A stretch of 64,000 nt of DNA from an uncultured Gammaproteobacteria bacterium (GCA_964535655.1 CAZHTP010000003.1:131396-195395); one strand, 5' to 3'. Counted from the first letter of the stretch, positions 48,150-57,657 are shown. Made by a program: numbers and translations. The notes: generated from the letters alone by a model not told the origin.

Positions 48150-49169
48150 TTAGCTTCTTAACTTATATATTCTTGCCTTTTTGCCAGAGATTAGAATATC
48201 GTACCGAGACTCAACTTTTAGCTTGTCTTTAAAATGATGGATTATCTGATCTGTTTCATCTTTTTGTCCTGTTAAGAGAATGATTATTCCATTTGGTTTT
48301 ATGACACGGATGAATTCGGTGAACATTTTTTCGTATAACTTAGGAATATTTATTGTTTGATCAAACTCTCCCCAAGGAGGATCCGTAATGATTTTATCTA
48401 TGGAAGCGCTTTTTATGGTATTTAAGTTGGTAGCATCACCCTGGGCAATTGTAATTTTTTTGTTCATTACGGTAACTGCTTCCTTTAGTGATGTTACAAG
48501 TGTTGGGTCTTTTTCGATGGCAATTATTTCAGTGTACTTAGTATTTGTTCTTTCAGTTGGTATCGCACCACTCCCAGCAAATGGATCGAGTACTACATCT
48601 GTTTTTTGAGGTTCTGAGAGAAAACATAACTGATGAGCAATTTCTGGAGATAATTCACCTTTTTGCAGTTCACTAGCGTTAAACGAATTTTTAGTAAGTC
48701 GTACTCCTATTAGACTGTATCCTTCGCTGCGAGTAAGAAACCAAAATTCGTTCTGGGGCATGCGGCGATTAGGCTTTAGATGTGATCGGTGGGAAAGTCG
48801 TTCTTCGAGTTGAGAAATAAGTGCTTGTGTAACTGACACCATATGATTTTCTTCGGATGTAACGATTCTGAAAGTGAATTGTTTTGGAGATATGCTTTGT
48901 ACAAGACTCTGCAAAATTTTAGGTTCACCTAATGCTTGTTTAATAAGCTTTTCAACTGGAATGGGCTGGCTATTTTTCATCATTTTAACCAGAAGAAAAC
49001 TGTTATTGATTCCTCGAAGTTGTTTGATGTCTTCAGGTTTTGATTCGGTATTGTAGATAATGAGTCCATCAAGCGAGGCGATGATAGATACATCGATTAA
49101 CTTTTCTTTTAGGATCTGCTCAATGATGGGATTAGTGCCACTAACTGATGTTGAAAAATATGAGTACAT
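48150..49169 (-). CDS. THUMP-domain class I SAM-dependent RNA (m2G/m6A-type) methyltransferase
   Basis: LDPFAGSGAIPTE motif I and DPPWGE (N-methyltransferase DPPW motif), preceded by a THUMP-like N-terminal domain. Confidence 0.7.
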   Translation of the reverse strand: MYSYFSTSVSGTNPIIEQILKEKLIDVSIIASLDGLIIYNTESKPEDIKQLRGINNSFLLVKMMKNSQPIPVEKLIKQALGEPKILQSLVQSISPKQFTFRIVTSEENHMVSVTQALISQLEERLSHRSHLKPNRRMPQNEFWFLTRSEGYSLIGVRLTKNSFNASELQKGELSPEIAHQLCFLSEPQKTDVVLDPFAGSGAIPTERTNTKYTEIIAIEKDPTLVTSLKEAVTVMNKKITIAQGDATNLNTIKSASIDKIITDPPWGEFDQTINIPKLYEKMFTEFIRVIKPNGIIILLTGQKDETDQIIHHFKDKLKVESRYDILISGKKARIYKLRS

Positions 49170-49193
49170 GTGCTGATTATATCATAAAAGAGG

Positions 49194-49811
49194 TTAAATC
49201 TTCGGTTCATTATCTAAACTCTTCCACAAGTAGCGGCTAGCGATGCTGCGGTAGGGACTCCACTTGGTTGCTAATTCGACAATTGCATTCTTATTTTCGC
49301 GGTCTATTCCATACCATTTACTCACAGCTGACCTCAACCCCAGATCTCCGATTGAGAAGACATCTGGTCGCTTTAGGGAGAAAATTAAAAACATTTCAGC
49401 TGTCCACCGGCCAATTCCTTTGACTTTAGTTAGCTGCATGATTACATCATCATTTTCAAGTTTGGAGAGCGAGTTAAGATCAAGTGTTTTATCCCATATT
49501 GCTTGAGAAAGTGCTTTAACATAGCGTACTTTAGCGTTGGATAACCCTGCACCACGTAATTCCATGTCGGGTTTAAGCAGAATCTCTTCCGGGCTGGGGA
49601 CAAGGGTCGTATCAAACAGATCCTGAAATCTTTTAAGAATCGTTGCTCCCGCTTTTACCGATAATTGCTGCGAAATAATGGCATCAAGTAGGTCGAAAAA
49701 AAGATTATTATCTGTTGACCAGACCGGTAACTCATTTGACTCAATTATTTTTTTCATTACCGGGTCACCAGATAAATGAACAAGCCCCTGATCAATTATT
49801 TTCTTATCCAT
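49194..49811 (-). CDS. DNA-3-methyladenine glycosylase II (AlkA-like, HhH-GPD superfamily)
   Basis: LTKVKGIGRWTAEMFLIFSLKRPDVFSIGDLGLRSAV (HhH-GPD with catalytic Asp). Confidence 0.75.
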   Translation of the reverse strand: MDKKIIDQGLVHLSGDPVMKKIIESNELPVWSTDNNLFFDLLDAIISQQLSVKAGATILKRFQDLFDTTLVPSPEEILLKPDMELRGAGLSNAKVRYVKALSQAIWDKTLDLNSLSKLENDDVIMQLTKVKGIGRWTAEMFLIFSLKRPDVFSIGDLGLRSAVSKWYGIDRENKNAIVELATKWSPYRSIASRYLWKSLDNEPKI

Positions 49812-49907
49812 AATAAGATGTATTATACTTTATATTAACGGCATTACCTACCTATGTTACAAAGCGGTACCAATAAAATTACTTTGACTACTTAAGCTCA
49901 GGAGAAA

Positions 49908-50024
49908 ATGGACTATCATGGCATTACTGTGCAGGATATCTTGATGGTGTTTAATTATCCGACGAGATATAAAAAAGCTAAATGGGGATACTCTTTAAAT
50001 TGTAGCCAGCTGAATATCTACTAA
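49908..50024 (+). CDS. possible small ORF (38 aa) with strong Shine-Dalgarno
   Basis: AGGAG-aaa-ATG. MDYHGITVQDILMVFNYPTRYKK... faintly resembles the N-terminus of BrnT/DUF497-type toxins. Overlaps the NUDIX 3' end by 30 nt. Confidence 0.2.
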   Translation: MDYHGITVQDILMVFNYPTRYKKAKWGYSLNCSQLNIY

Positions 50025-50504
50025 TCCAAACTTCCCATCAAATTTTGATGTTCCAACAAACATTTGATCGTCTTTAAGTTCAATAACTTTTTCAATAATT
50101 AATTTTAAGTCTTTGAATAAATTTAAATGATCTACATTGCGAGGATCGACCCACTCCAATTCTCCTTCGAGAGTGGATTTAAGGCCCTCGTCAGTTGTTT
50201 CTGCTTTAACTACAAATAACATGATATTTTTTCCGGCAAAGCTATTAACGTTTATTATCCCCCTGATTTTTGGACTGATAAGATTTACTCCTGCTTCTTC
50301 CATGGCTTCTTTTTTGGTGTTTTCGATAATATTTTCATTTTCCTCAATATGTCCGCCAATTGGATTATACATGTCTTTACGATCCTCTTTCTCCTGTGTC
50401 TGATTCTCGCCTTTACCAGAAAATTTCATTAAAAGCAGTTTTTCATTTCGGAATACGAAGATGAGTGTGCGAGGTATAACGGTATAGCGAATTTTTTCTG
50501 GCAT
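49995..50504 (-). CDS. NUDIX hydrolase
   Basis: GGHIEENENIIENTKKEAMEEAGV Nudix box. Confidence 0.75.
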   Translation of the reverse strand: MPEKIRYTVIPRTLIFVFRNEKLLLMKFSGKGENQTQEKEDRKDMYNPIGGHIEENENIIENTKKEAMEEAGVNLISPKIRGIINVNSFAGKNIMLFVVKAETTDEGLKSTLEGELEWVDPRNVDHLNLFKDLKLIIEKVIELKDDQMFVGTSKFDGKFGLVDIQLATI

Positions 50505-50512
50505 ATTATTTG

Positions 50513-50992
50513 TTACTTCCTTAATTCTTTTTCTTTTAAATAGGCGTCACGAGGGGTGTTGGCGAAGTTATTTTTTAAATCTTCTATGAGCCAATCGCGG
50601 ATTTCTAATGGGTAAAGTTGTAGCCCGGGAAGGGCTTTGATTAATATCCATTGAGGATAGTAGTGATTCTCTCCTTTTAGATTGTCTTGCAGTTCTTCTG
50701 AATCCTTATGGAGCTGTGGTTCACCAGAAAGGTATTGGCATAAAAAGAAATGCTGATCACTGAGAAATTTATCTTCATCGGTATAATAGTGGCTATATAG
50801 TTTTTTAATGATTTTTGCTTGAACGGTGGTCTCTTCGTTCAGTTCGCGAAGAGCGGCTTGCTCGATTATCTCATTGGCTTCAACGTGGCCGCCAGGAAAA
50901 ATCCAATAGTGCCTTCCATGGTTAATGCGTTCCATGAGCAAGATTTGATTGCCTCTAATGACGATTGCGGCGCTTCGAACTTGAGATAGCAT
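50513..50992 (-). CDS. NUDIX hydrolase
   Basis: PGGHVEANEIIEQAALRELNEETTV Nudix box. Confidence 0.75.
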   Translation of the reverse strand: MLSQVRSAAIVIRGNQILLMERINHGRHYWIFPGGHVEANEIIEQAALRELNEETTVQAKIIKKLYSHYYTDEDKFLSDQHFFLCQYLSGEPQLHKDSEELQDNLKGENHYYPQWILIKALPGLQLYPLEIRDWLIEDLKNNFANTPRDAYLKEKELRK

Positions 50993-51054
50993 GGAAAAAT
51001 TATATCATTTAGCAATGCGCGATGTTGATATGAGCACATGCTCACAGTAACAAG

Positions 51055-51690
51055 ATGGTGTATAATAGGCGCATGAAGCCTGCGAGCAAACAGAATGAAA
51101 TGCGTCATGAACCAATACAAGCTCGAAGTGCTCAACGAGTTGCCCATATCCTGGACGTGGCTTCAAAGTTAATTTCCGAAGTAGGATATGACCGAGCAAC
51201 CACTAATGATATTGCTAAACTGGCCGGGGTTCCTATTGGGTCACTTTACCAGTATTTTCCCAATAAACATGCCCTTTTGCATGCGCTTTCAACTCGATAC
51301 CTATCGCAACTAAGAGATTATTTTGTTGAGCAAAAGATCATTACTGATTCTATTCAATTGCATGAGTTTCTTTCTTCTATTATTGATACTTTAGTGGAAT
51401 TTAGGAAGAGCCACAGAAGCTTTAAACAAATGTTCCTTGGAATATATATGAACAACGAAGTGTCTATTGCAGCAAAAACAATGAATGAGGAATTCCGGCA
51501 AATAATATTGAAGAAATTAGAAATAGAGAAGCCTGAGTTAAGTGCAAAGCGGCGCGAGCGAGTTAGTTATGTGTTGTTTGGAATGATTCGTTCGGTATTT
51601 GTGTATCTTTCAGTTATTGATGACACGATGTGGAAAGAAATGAAAGAAGAGACTAAATTCGCAATACGAACGTATCTTTCTGCTGTTTAA
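51055..51690 (+). CDS. TetR-family transcriptional regulator
   Basis: HTH TTNDIAKLAGVPIGSLYQYFPNKHALL. Confidence 0.75.
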   Translation: MVYNRRMKPASKQNEMRHEPIQARSAQRVAHILDVASKLISEVGYDRATTNDIAKLAGVPIGSLYQYFPNKHALLHALSTRYLSQLRDYFVEQKIITDSIQLHEFLSSIIDTLVEFRKSHRSFKQMFLGIYMNNEVSIAAKTMNEEFRQIILKKLEIEKPELSAKRRERVSYVLFGMIRSVFVYLSVIDDTMWKEMKEETKFAIRTYLSAV

Positions 51691-51711
51691 TTAGAATTTC
51701 TGACTTATCTT

Positions 51712-54700
51712 TTACTCTTTCCTGAATTTTCTTTTTAATCCTTCCCATATATTTTTAGTTGTATTTGCATTTATTTTTATGGCAGCAATTATTAAACCTA
51801 AGCAAAGTACCACACTGGCAACACTTACAACAGCTTTTATTTTTGAACTTTGACTATTGGCAGGTAAACCAATCCAAGTAGAATTATTTTCTACTCGTAC
51901 TGGGTCTTTGCTGATAGTAATTGTTTCAGCAACTGATCTTCCATAAACTTCCGGAGCGTACATGAGTGAGGCAGTGGCAGGTGGCACTGAAAAGTTTCCT
52001 TCCGATACTACTCGAGCTTTGTAGGTAAACTTATTTTTCCCGGCAGTAATATTGTACACATTAAAAATTATGCCATTGAGCGTCATTTCTCGATCAGAAT
52101 TGTACATTGGGTTGTACGAATAAAGATCTTCTTCACGAGAAGCTACTCCTTGTTCGTTAAGGAATCGCTCGTTAATAGGCACCATCCCCGCTGGTAATTC
52201 ATCTTGTACAACGGCATAATTATTTTCACTGTTTATACCACTTACTGCTATTGTTACTCGAACGATATCCCCCGGTTTAAAAGAATATCCTGGGTTTGTC
52301 ACATTAGTATATGTTCTACCGACTGTTAAGGGATGGTTTACAGCTTTTGCATTTTGATCGGTATGATATTGATCGGCAACGAGCGTTGCATACATTGGCC
52401 CATTATTTTCAGCTTTAATTTCAATCTGCGGTACTGAATCCTTAAGTGGAATATTAATATCCTTAATTTTTTGAGCAGGGCTAGAAATTGTTCCACTGGC
52501 TACTACTTTATTATCTACTAGCACCGAATATCCATACTCAGAATTGGTTGTATTTTCGTATTGAGAAAAATCCGACAAAGCTCGGATAATCTGTGCTGTG
52601 GCAAAGGTGTTGGACCAATAATAATTGTTTCTTGTTTGCGTTAAGTACCTTACTGCTTTAGTCACTATGGAGGTGTCCCCTTTTGCTGTAAGAATGGCAT
52701 GAATAGCCATAGCTGTTGATGCATTGATTGAGCCAAAATGCTTTTTATCTCCAGCTGCCCAGAATAAGGAGTCTCCTTGCTGCTTGGCACTCGCGTAGAG
52801 CGAATTTAGTCCGTTGGTTTGAGGATTGGTGAATCCGTTTAAGGTATTGGCGAGTACTCCAAGGGCAATAATATCTGGGGTTTGAGACTGGAAATTGTAT
52901 TGGGTTAGTTCGCCCTTATTTTTTGTTGCTCCGGCAACAGTACTTGCATAGGTCTTAGATATCGTTTGATCAATGGTATATGGAATGTCTACAACTTTTC
53001 CAATAATTGAATCATAATAATTGGTTCCGGTAGAATCTAAGAAATATTTTGCCTTAGTGAGCATCGTGTCATCAACCGTAACCCCCAGTTGCTTTGCTTT
53101 CATGAGATATTCTATTACATACCCGGTGACAAAATAATCTGGTTTTGAATCGTACCACCAACTCCATCCTCCATTTGCAAGTTGAAGCATCTCTAAACGT
53201 GTTACACCTTTTGCCAGAATATCGTCGATGTCTTTACCTTCTAATGCATCTTTAAATAAGGCAGGATTAGACTTAGCAATTACTGCTGGGACAAATCTAC
53301 TTGTGGTCTGCTCAACGCAACCATACGGATAGTCTATTAGGTATTTGGCGCCACTTGGTACTGTTCCTACTAGACTTGGGGAAAGAGACAGGGTTAGCTT
53401 TGACTTACTTACATCTAAATCTTTTCCTAATACCGGAGTTAGTTTCCCTGGACTATTTGCAATTTGGCCGGTTTTTTCCAGAAAACTAAATGCTTGAACT
53501 GGAATTTCTGAAATTATTGTGTCGCTCAATTCTGCATTGTTTTTTTGGATTGCAGAGAATGTTAATTTGGATTTAAGATTCTCTTTATCTGGAGAAACTT
53601 CCCAGAAAAATTCTTTTCGTTCGTTAGCAAGTAGCGTTTGTTCTGGATACATTGCCTTAGTAAGTGACCCGGAATCGAAGCTTAACCCAACATCAACTGT
53701 TTGGGGCGCGTCGGTAAAGTTTTCGACAAACGCAGCAAGAACGGCTTTGTCACCTACACGCAAAATATTGGGTACAATGGGTCGTACTACAATGTCTTTG
53801 GTTACTCTTATTTCGGCAGTAGATTGCCCAACTTTTGCATCGTCGGTATTGCTTACTGCCGCTACGACCCAAGTTGTTAAATTATCTGGTAATTTAAAGG
53901 AAACTTTTGCTTTACCAGTACTGTCGGTATAAATACGAGGGTTCCAATAGGCAGTATCTTTAAATACGCTTCGTACCGACCCGCCGTCACCTTTTTGATT
54001 ATGTACCCAAATATTGTTGGCAAAAAATGTATGATATTTCTCGACTTCGAGATTATATACATCTTGCGTGCTAGCTTGGTATTCAATGGAGTTTACTATC
54101 TCTGTACTTCCGTCGGAATGAACTAGCGTATCGCCAATAGTGATACTACCTGCTGGTTTCCATGAAGTATTAACTGCAACAATGTGATCGGGGGTAACAT
54201 ACAAATTACTATTTAGAATTATTAAATCAGTGTCTTTAGCGATGTGCGTGGCTGTTACTTGTGCTGCAATAAGTTGCTTATCTGTAGGGCTAACTCGTGT
54301 CAAAATTTTATCGCCTGCTTTGATATCTTCAATATTCCTGGTCTGACCATTGGCCATTAATACTTTTGTACCTTTGGCAAAACATCCACCGCCACCCCCA
54401 AAAGGGTCACTGATAATTCCTTCGAGTGAGTGATCAGTTCGCGTTGCATCGTATCTTTCTGACCAGAACGTACTGTGGATATCTCCAAGTGTTGAAGTAC
54501 TTAATTCGAAGATTGCCTTATCCACGCTCCACAGCGCAGTCTCAGCGGCTATAGGTGTTCCCCTATAATCTGTCGTTTGGACAGTTACACTGACTGTATC
54601 TCCTGGACCATAGCTTTGGCGATCGGGAAGTACTTTGACCATGACTTTTTTAACAGCGGTATTAAGTGGGATTTTTATTCTGCTGTTGTTTAGATCATTG

Positions 54701-56838
54701 AGATTAAAGCTTAGCGCCTCAAGATACAGATTAGGTAAATCGGAGTCCTGGAGGGGAAGCTCAACATTTGCGGATGTTCCATTGAGGTGTACCACTTGAT
54801 ACCGATGTACATACTTTCTCTGAAAAGATAAGAATACGTCACGATCGGGAATTTTTGATGTAATAGCAAGCTGAACCGTGTCTGTTGGAAGATATTTCTC
54901 TTTATCTATACTTAGCGTTAGATTTTGTTCTGATGAGTTTTCCGTGTATATTGGTTCACCTTCTTTTCGAGCGTAATAATAAAATGAATTTGTTACATTG
55001 TTTCCGCGTGCGTCCTGGGTTGAAACGCCGATAGTATATGATCCACTTTTATTGGGTGTGAAATTGATACTGGCTTTGCCATTGCTATCTGAGATGGTTG
55101 ATGTCATAGGATAATCTTCGCTATCTTTTCGAAAGGAAGTATATTTTTTATCTGGTTCCTGATAAGGAATCCAAGTTTCACGATGGATGCGAACTATTAA
55201 CTTTATTCCACTTACTGTTCCGTTACCAATATGTTTGGCTAAAATGACTGGTAGTGATACCGGTGAATTAACCGTCGTGCTGTACGAATTATCTGTTCGA
55301 TAGATGCCGAATTCTCCGGGATAGACGAGTACATTTTTTCGCGCGAACGTAGAGGGCTGAGTTTTATCTGCGAGGCTTACTTCTATTCCAAATATTTTAC
55401 TTTTTCCGTCCGTAATTTGCCCTTTAGTTGCAACCGCTACTTTTGACTCACCATTTGCATCAAGCTTTGAAGTACTCTTTAGGATATCTTTACCTGACCA
55501 ATATCCGTACCGGTACGTGCTGTCTACATTACTGCCGGCATCAGAATAATAGCTGTAATCCCCGTAATCTGAAGCATTGATTTTATAATTAAGTAATTCT
55601 TTGGATAGTGGTTGTCCTGAAAAAAATAATCCTTTTAAGGTGAATGCTACGGTATCTCCTTGAATAAGTTCGGTAATGGGAGCTGCGATATCTAAGAAAT
55701 ATTCTGGTTTTTTGTAGAAATCTACTTGAATTGGAGTGCTACTTTCGTAATTGTAGGTGGTGTGATCGGTGCTTAATGACACCGAGACCATATAGTCTCC
55801 CGTTGCTACGTTTTTTGGTAGAGGGATTTGACCGAATACTGCACCTCTATCAACTGGGAAGATTTTATCGAAAACTGGGCTTTCCTCACTGTACGATTTT
55901 GTAATTTTTACTCGAGCTGTCCCCGTAGAGGCGGAATACATGGCATCATCATCATCGCGAATAATTGCCTTAAAATTGACCGCATCACCCGGTTTATATA
56001 ATGGTCTATCGGTAAAAACAAAATATTTTGTTGTTGGCTGTGATTTACTATATGAAATATAATTATAGTTCAGATTAAGATATTGCATGTTTAATGGGAT
56101 TAACGCGACATCGCCATCCACTTCAGCAAGGGCAATATCTGCGCCCGGAGTAATCTCAGCCTTCCCTACGCCTGAACTATCGAAGGTGCCACTTGAAGAT
56201 ACCGCTATTTGGTCTTTTAGGTTGTAGACTTTGATCGTCCCTGAATTTATACTCCGCTTAGTTTTAAAGCTTTGCCCCCAGAATAAGAACTCGTTCTTAG
56301 AATCTTTTACCGTTACTCCATATGTTGAACGTACAATCATTGCATCATGAAAGATATTCCCTGAGATGATGCGTACAAAATAAATCCCTCTCTCCGCTAA
56401 AGGAAGACTAACTTTTGTTCCATTTGTAAGATCCTGAGAGAAATTACTGATACGATTTAACTGTGATACGTCGGAGGTCGGATTTAATTGATTGGAATCT
56501 TTATCGTGGGTAAGATATTTTAATAGATAGTTTGTATCCGCCTCGTAGACAGAAATTTCTACCGACTTTTGGTTAGTTTGATCATTGATACTGATTGCTG
56601 GCTCCTGCGTGGAGTTCATTGATATTACCGAACCGCCAGAGAATTTACTTTTCTCAGCGGGAATCGTGACAGTATCGACGCGGCTTTCCCCCCACCAGCC
56701 TAAGACACTACTGCGAATGTAGAAGATGTTAAGTGCCGAGCAAGTAGCGAGCATAATTGCAAGCGCGGCTAGTGCTCCTGAAGTGTACAAAAGTGACTTA
56801 TTTGTCCATTTATTTTTGCGTGTTTTTCCTTTAACCAT
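51712..56838 (-). CDS. alpha-2-macroglobulin-family thioester-containing protein (1708 aa), membrane anchored, carrying an inserted Hint domain
   Basis: Thioester motif DYPYGCVEQTTSRF (Cys codon 53317-53319, ~residue 1174). N-terminal signal-anchor/lipobox-like IMLATC. C-terminal TM plus basic tail. Long beta-rich MG-like N-terminal region. Embedded Hint domain (separate feature). Confidence 0.75.
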   Translation of the reverse strand: MVKGKTRKNKWTNKSLLYTSGALAALAIMLATCSALNIFYIRSSVLGWWGESRVDTVTIPAEKSKFSGGSVISMNSTQEPAISINDQTNQKSVEISVYEADTNYLLKYLTHDKDSNQLNPTSDVSQLNRISNFSQDLTNGTKVSLPLAERGIYFVRIISGNIFHDAMIVRSTYGVTVKDSKNEFLFWGQSFKTKRSINSGTIKVYNLKDQIAVSSSGTFDSSGVGKAEITPGADIALAEVDGDVALIPLNMQYLNLNYNYISYSKSQPTTKYFVFTDRPLYKPGDAVNFKAIIRDDDDAMYSASTGTARVKITKSYSEESPVFDKIFPVDRGAVFGQIPLPKNVATGDYMVSVSLSTDHTTYNYESSTPIQVDFYKKPEYFLDIAAPITELIQGDTVAFTLKGLFFSGQPLSKELLNYKINASDYGDYSYYSDAGSNVDSTYRYGYWSGKDILKSTSKLDANGESKVAVATKGQITDGKSKIFGIEVSLADKTQPSTFARKNVLVYPGEFGIYRTDNSYSTTVNSPVSLPVILAKHIGNGTVSGIKLIVRIHRETWIPYQEPDKKYTSFRKDSEDYPMTSTISDSNGKASINFTPNKSGSYTIGVSTQDARGNNVTNSFYYYARKEGEPIYTENSSEQNLTLSIDKEKYLPTDTVQLAITSKIPDRDVFLSFQRKYVHRYQVVHLNGTSANVELPLQDSDLPNLYLEALSFNLNDLNNSRIKIPLNTAVKKVMVKVLPDRQSYGPGDTVSVTVQTTDYRGTPIAAETALWSVDKAIFELSTSTLGDIHSTFWSERYDATRTDHSLEGIISDPFGGGGGCFAKGTKVLMANGQTRNIEDIKAGDKILTRVSPTDKQLIAAQVTATHIAKDTDLIILNSNLYVTPDHIVAVNTSWKPAGSITIGDTLVHSDGSTEIVNSIEYQASTQDVYNLEVEKYHTFFANNIWVHNQKGDGGSVRSVFKDTAYWNPRIYTDSTGKAKVSFKLPDNLTTWVVAAVSNTDDAKVGQSTAEIRVTKDIVVRPIVPNILRVGDKAVLAAFVENFTDAPQTVDVGLSFDSGSLTKAMYPEQTLLANERKEFFWEVSPDKENLKSKLTFSAIQKNNAELSDTIISEIPVQAFSFLEKTGQIANSPGKLTPVLGKDLDVSKSKLTLSLSPSLVGTVPSGAKYLIDYPYGCVEQTTSRFVPAVIAKSNPALFKDALEGKDIDDILAKGVTRLEMLQLANGGWSWWYDSKPDYFVTGYVIEYLMKAKQLGVTVDDTMLTKAKYFLDSTGTNYYDSIIGKVVDIPYTIDQTISKTYASTVAGATKNKGELTQYNFQSQTPDIIALGVLANTLNGFTNPQTNGLNSLYASAKQQGDSLFWAAGDKKHFGSINASTAMAIHAILTAKGDTSIVTKAVRYLTQTRNNYYWSNTFATAQIIRALSDFSQYENTTNSEYGYSVLVDNKVVASGTISSPAQKIKDINIPLKDSVPQIEIKAENNGPMYATLVADQYHTDQNAKAVNHPLTVGRTYTNVTNPGYSFKPGDIVRVTIAVSGINSENNYAVVQDELPAGMVPINERFLNEQGVASREEDLYSYNPMYNSDREMTLNGIIFNVYNITAGKNKFTYKARVVSEGNFSVPPATASLMYAPEVYGRSVAETITISKDPVRVENNSTWIGLPANSQSSKIKAVVSVASVVLCLGLIIAAIKINANTTKNIWEGLKRKFRKE
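53998..54384 (-). other. Hint (Hedgehog/intein-like, BIL-type) autoprocessing domain, ~129 aa, embedded in the A2M-like ORF (residues ~819-947)
   Basis: Starts with GGGGG-CFAKGTKV (a G|CF junction as in Hedgehog/intein block A). Ends ...FANNIWVHN-Q (intein block G hVHN; +1 residue is Gln, not Cys/Ser/Thr). Mini-intein size. Confidence 0.65.
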
Positions 56839-56888
56839 AGACTCTGTTTAACTATGACAGGTGCTTAAACGTAGTGCAATACCTATTT

Positions 56889-57647
56889 TTATTGCGGTGA
56901 TGCTCCGAAGAATCTGGCAATTTGAAATGCTATAAGTGCCGCACCAATGCCAATGGCGACCATCTGGATTCCTTGTTTTTTCCAATCTCCAACGAGCGTT
57001 ATAGCTTGATACGCCCCTACCCCAAATAGAGCTAGCGAGCTTATTCCTAAAGAGGTATAAAAAGCTGGTCCGTCTGTAAAAAAGAAATAGGGGAAAAGTG
57101 GAATTAACGAACCAATAATCGCTGCAAAACCAACGATAACAGACGTTTTTAATACATCTTTGATTTCAACTTTCTCTAAATGCAACTCTTCTTGCATCAT
57201 TGTGTCCAACCAGACATGCTCATTGGAGGTTATTTTTTCGACGACTTTTTCTAATAATTCGCCCTCAAAACCTTTAGCAATGTAAATATCCCGAATCTCT
57301 TGTTTTTCAATTTCAGGGAAATTTTTTATTTCATCGATCTCTCTTTGGCGTTCTTTAACATAATGATCTCTCTCAGATAAAAAGGAGGTATAGGCTACTG
57401 CAGCCATCGAAATTGATTCGGCGAATGCTGCGGCAAGCCCTGCAGCAATGAGAATTCTTTTATCTTCGGTTGCTGCGGCGACTCCTAAAACTACGCCAAG
57501 GACGTTAACAAGGCCGTCCTGACCTCCGAGTATTACATCGCGTAAGGCCGTTGAAGATTTATGTTGTTCAGGATGCGTTGGTGCTATTTTTGTCATGGGT
57601 TCATTATATACCGCTTGAGCGATGGTTATTGCAAGTAAGTAAATCAC
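56889..57647 (-). CDS. VIT1/CCC1-family iron/manganese transporter
   Basis: LRDVILGGQDGLVNVLGVVLGVAAAT and a C-terminal TM cluster. Confidence 0.7.
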   Translation of the reverse strand: MIYLLAITIAQAVYNEPMTKIAPTHPEQHKSSTALRDVILGGQDGLVNVLGVVLGVAAATEDKRILIAAGLAAAFAESISMAAVAYTSFLSERDHYVKERQREIDEIKNFPEIEKQEIRDIYIAKGFEGELLEKVVEKITSNEHVWLDTMMQEELHLEKVEIKDVLKTSVIVGFAAIIGSLIPLFPYFFFTDGPAFYTSLGISSLALFGVGAYQAITLVGDWKKQGIQMVAIGIGAALIAFQIARFFGASPQ

Positions 57648-57657
57648 CGATTATGCT

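Noticed and set aside
53519-53932. 137-aa plus-strand ORF, along with the 1457-1651, 2284-2565, 8356-8601, 18130-18591 and 26470-26790 ORFs
   Set aside because: All are antisense and fully embedded in long, motif-supported genes, so they are most likely spurious.
53998-54384. Canonical splicing intein
   Set aside because: The residue after the terminal HN is Gln, not Cys/Ser/Thr, so ligation chemistry is not available. Treated instead as a BIL/Hedgehog-type Hint cleavage module.
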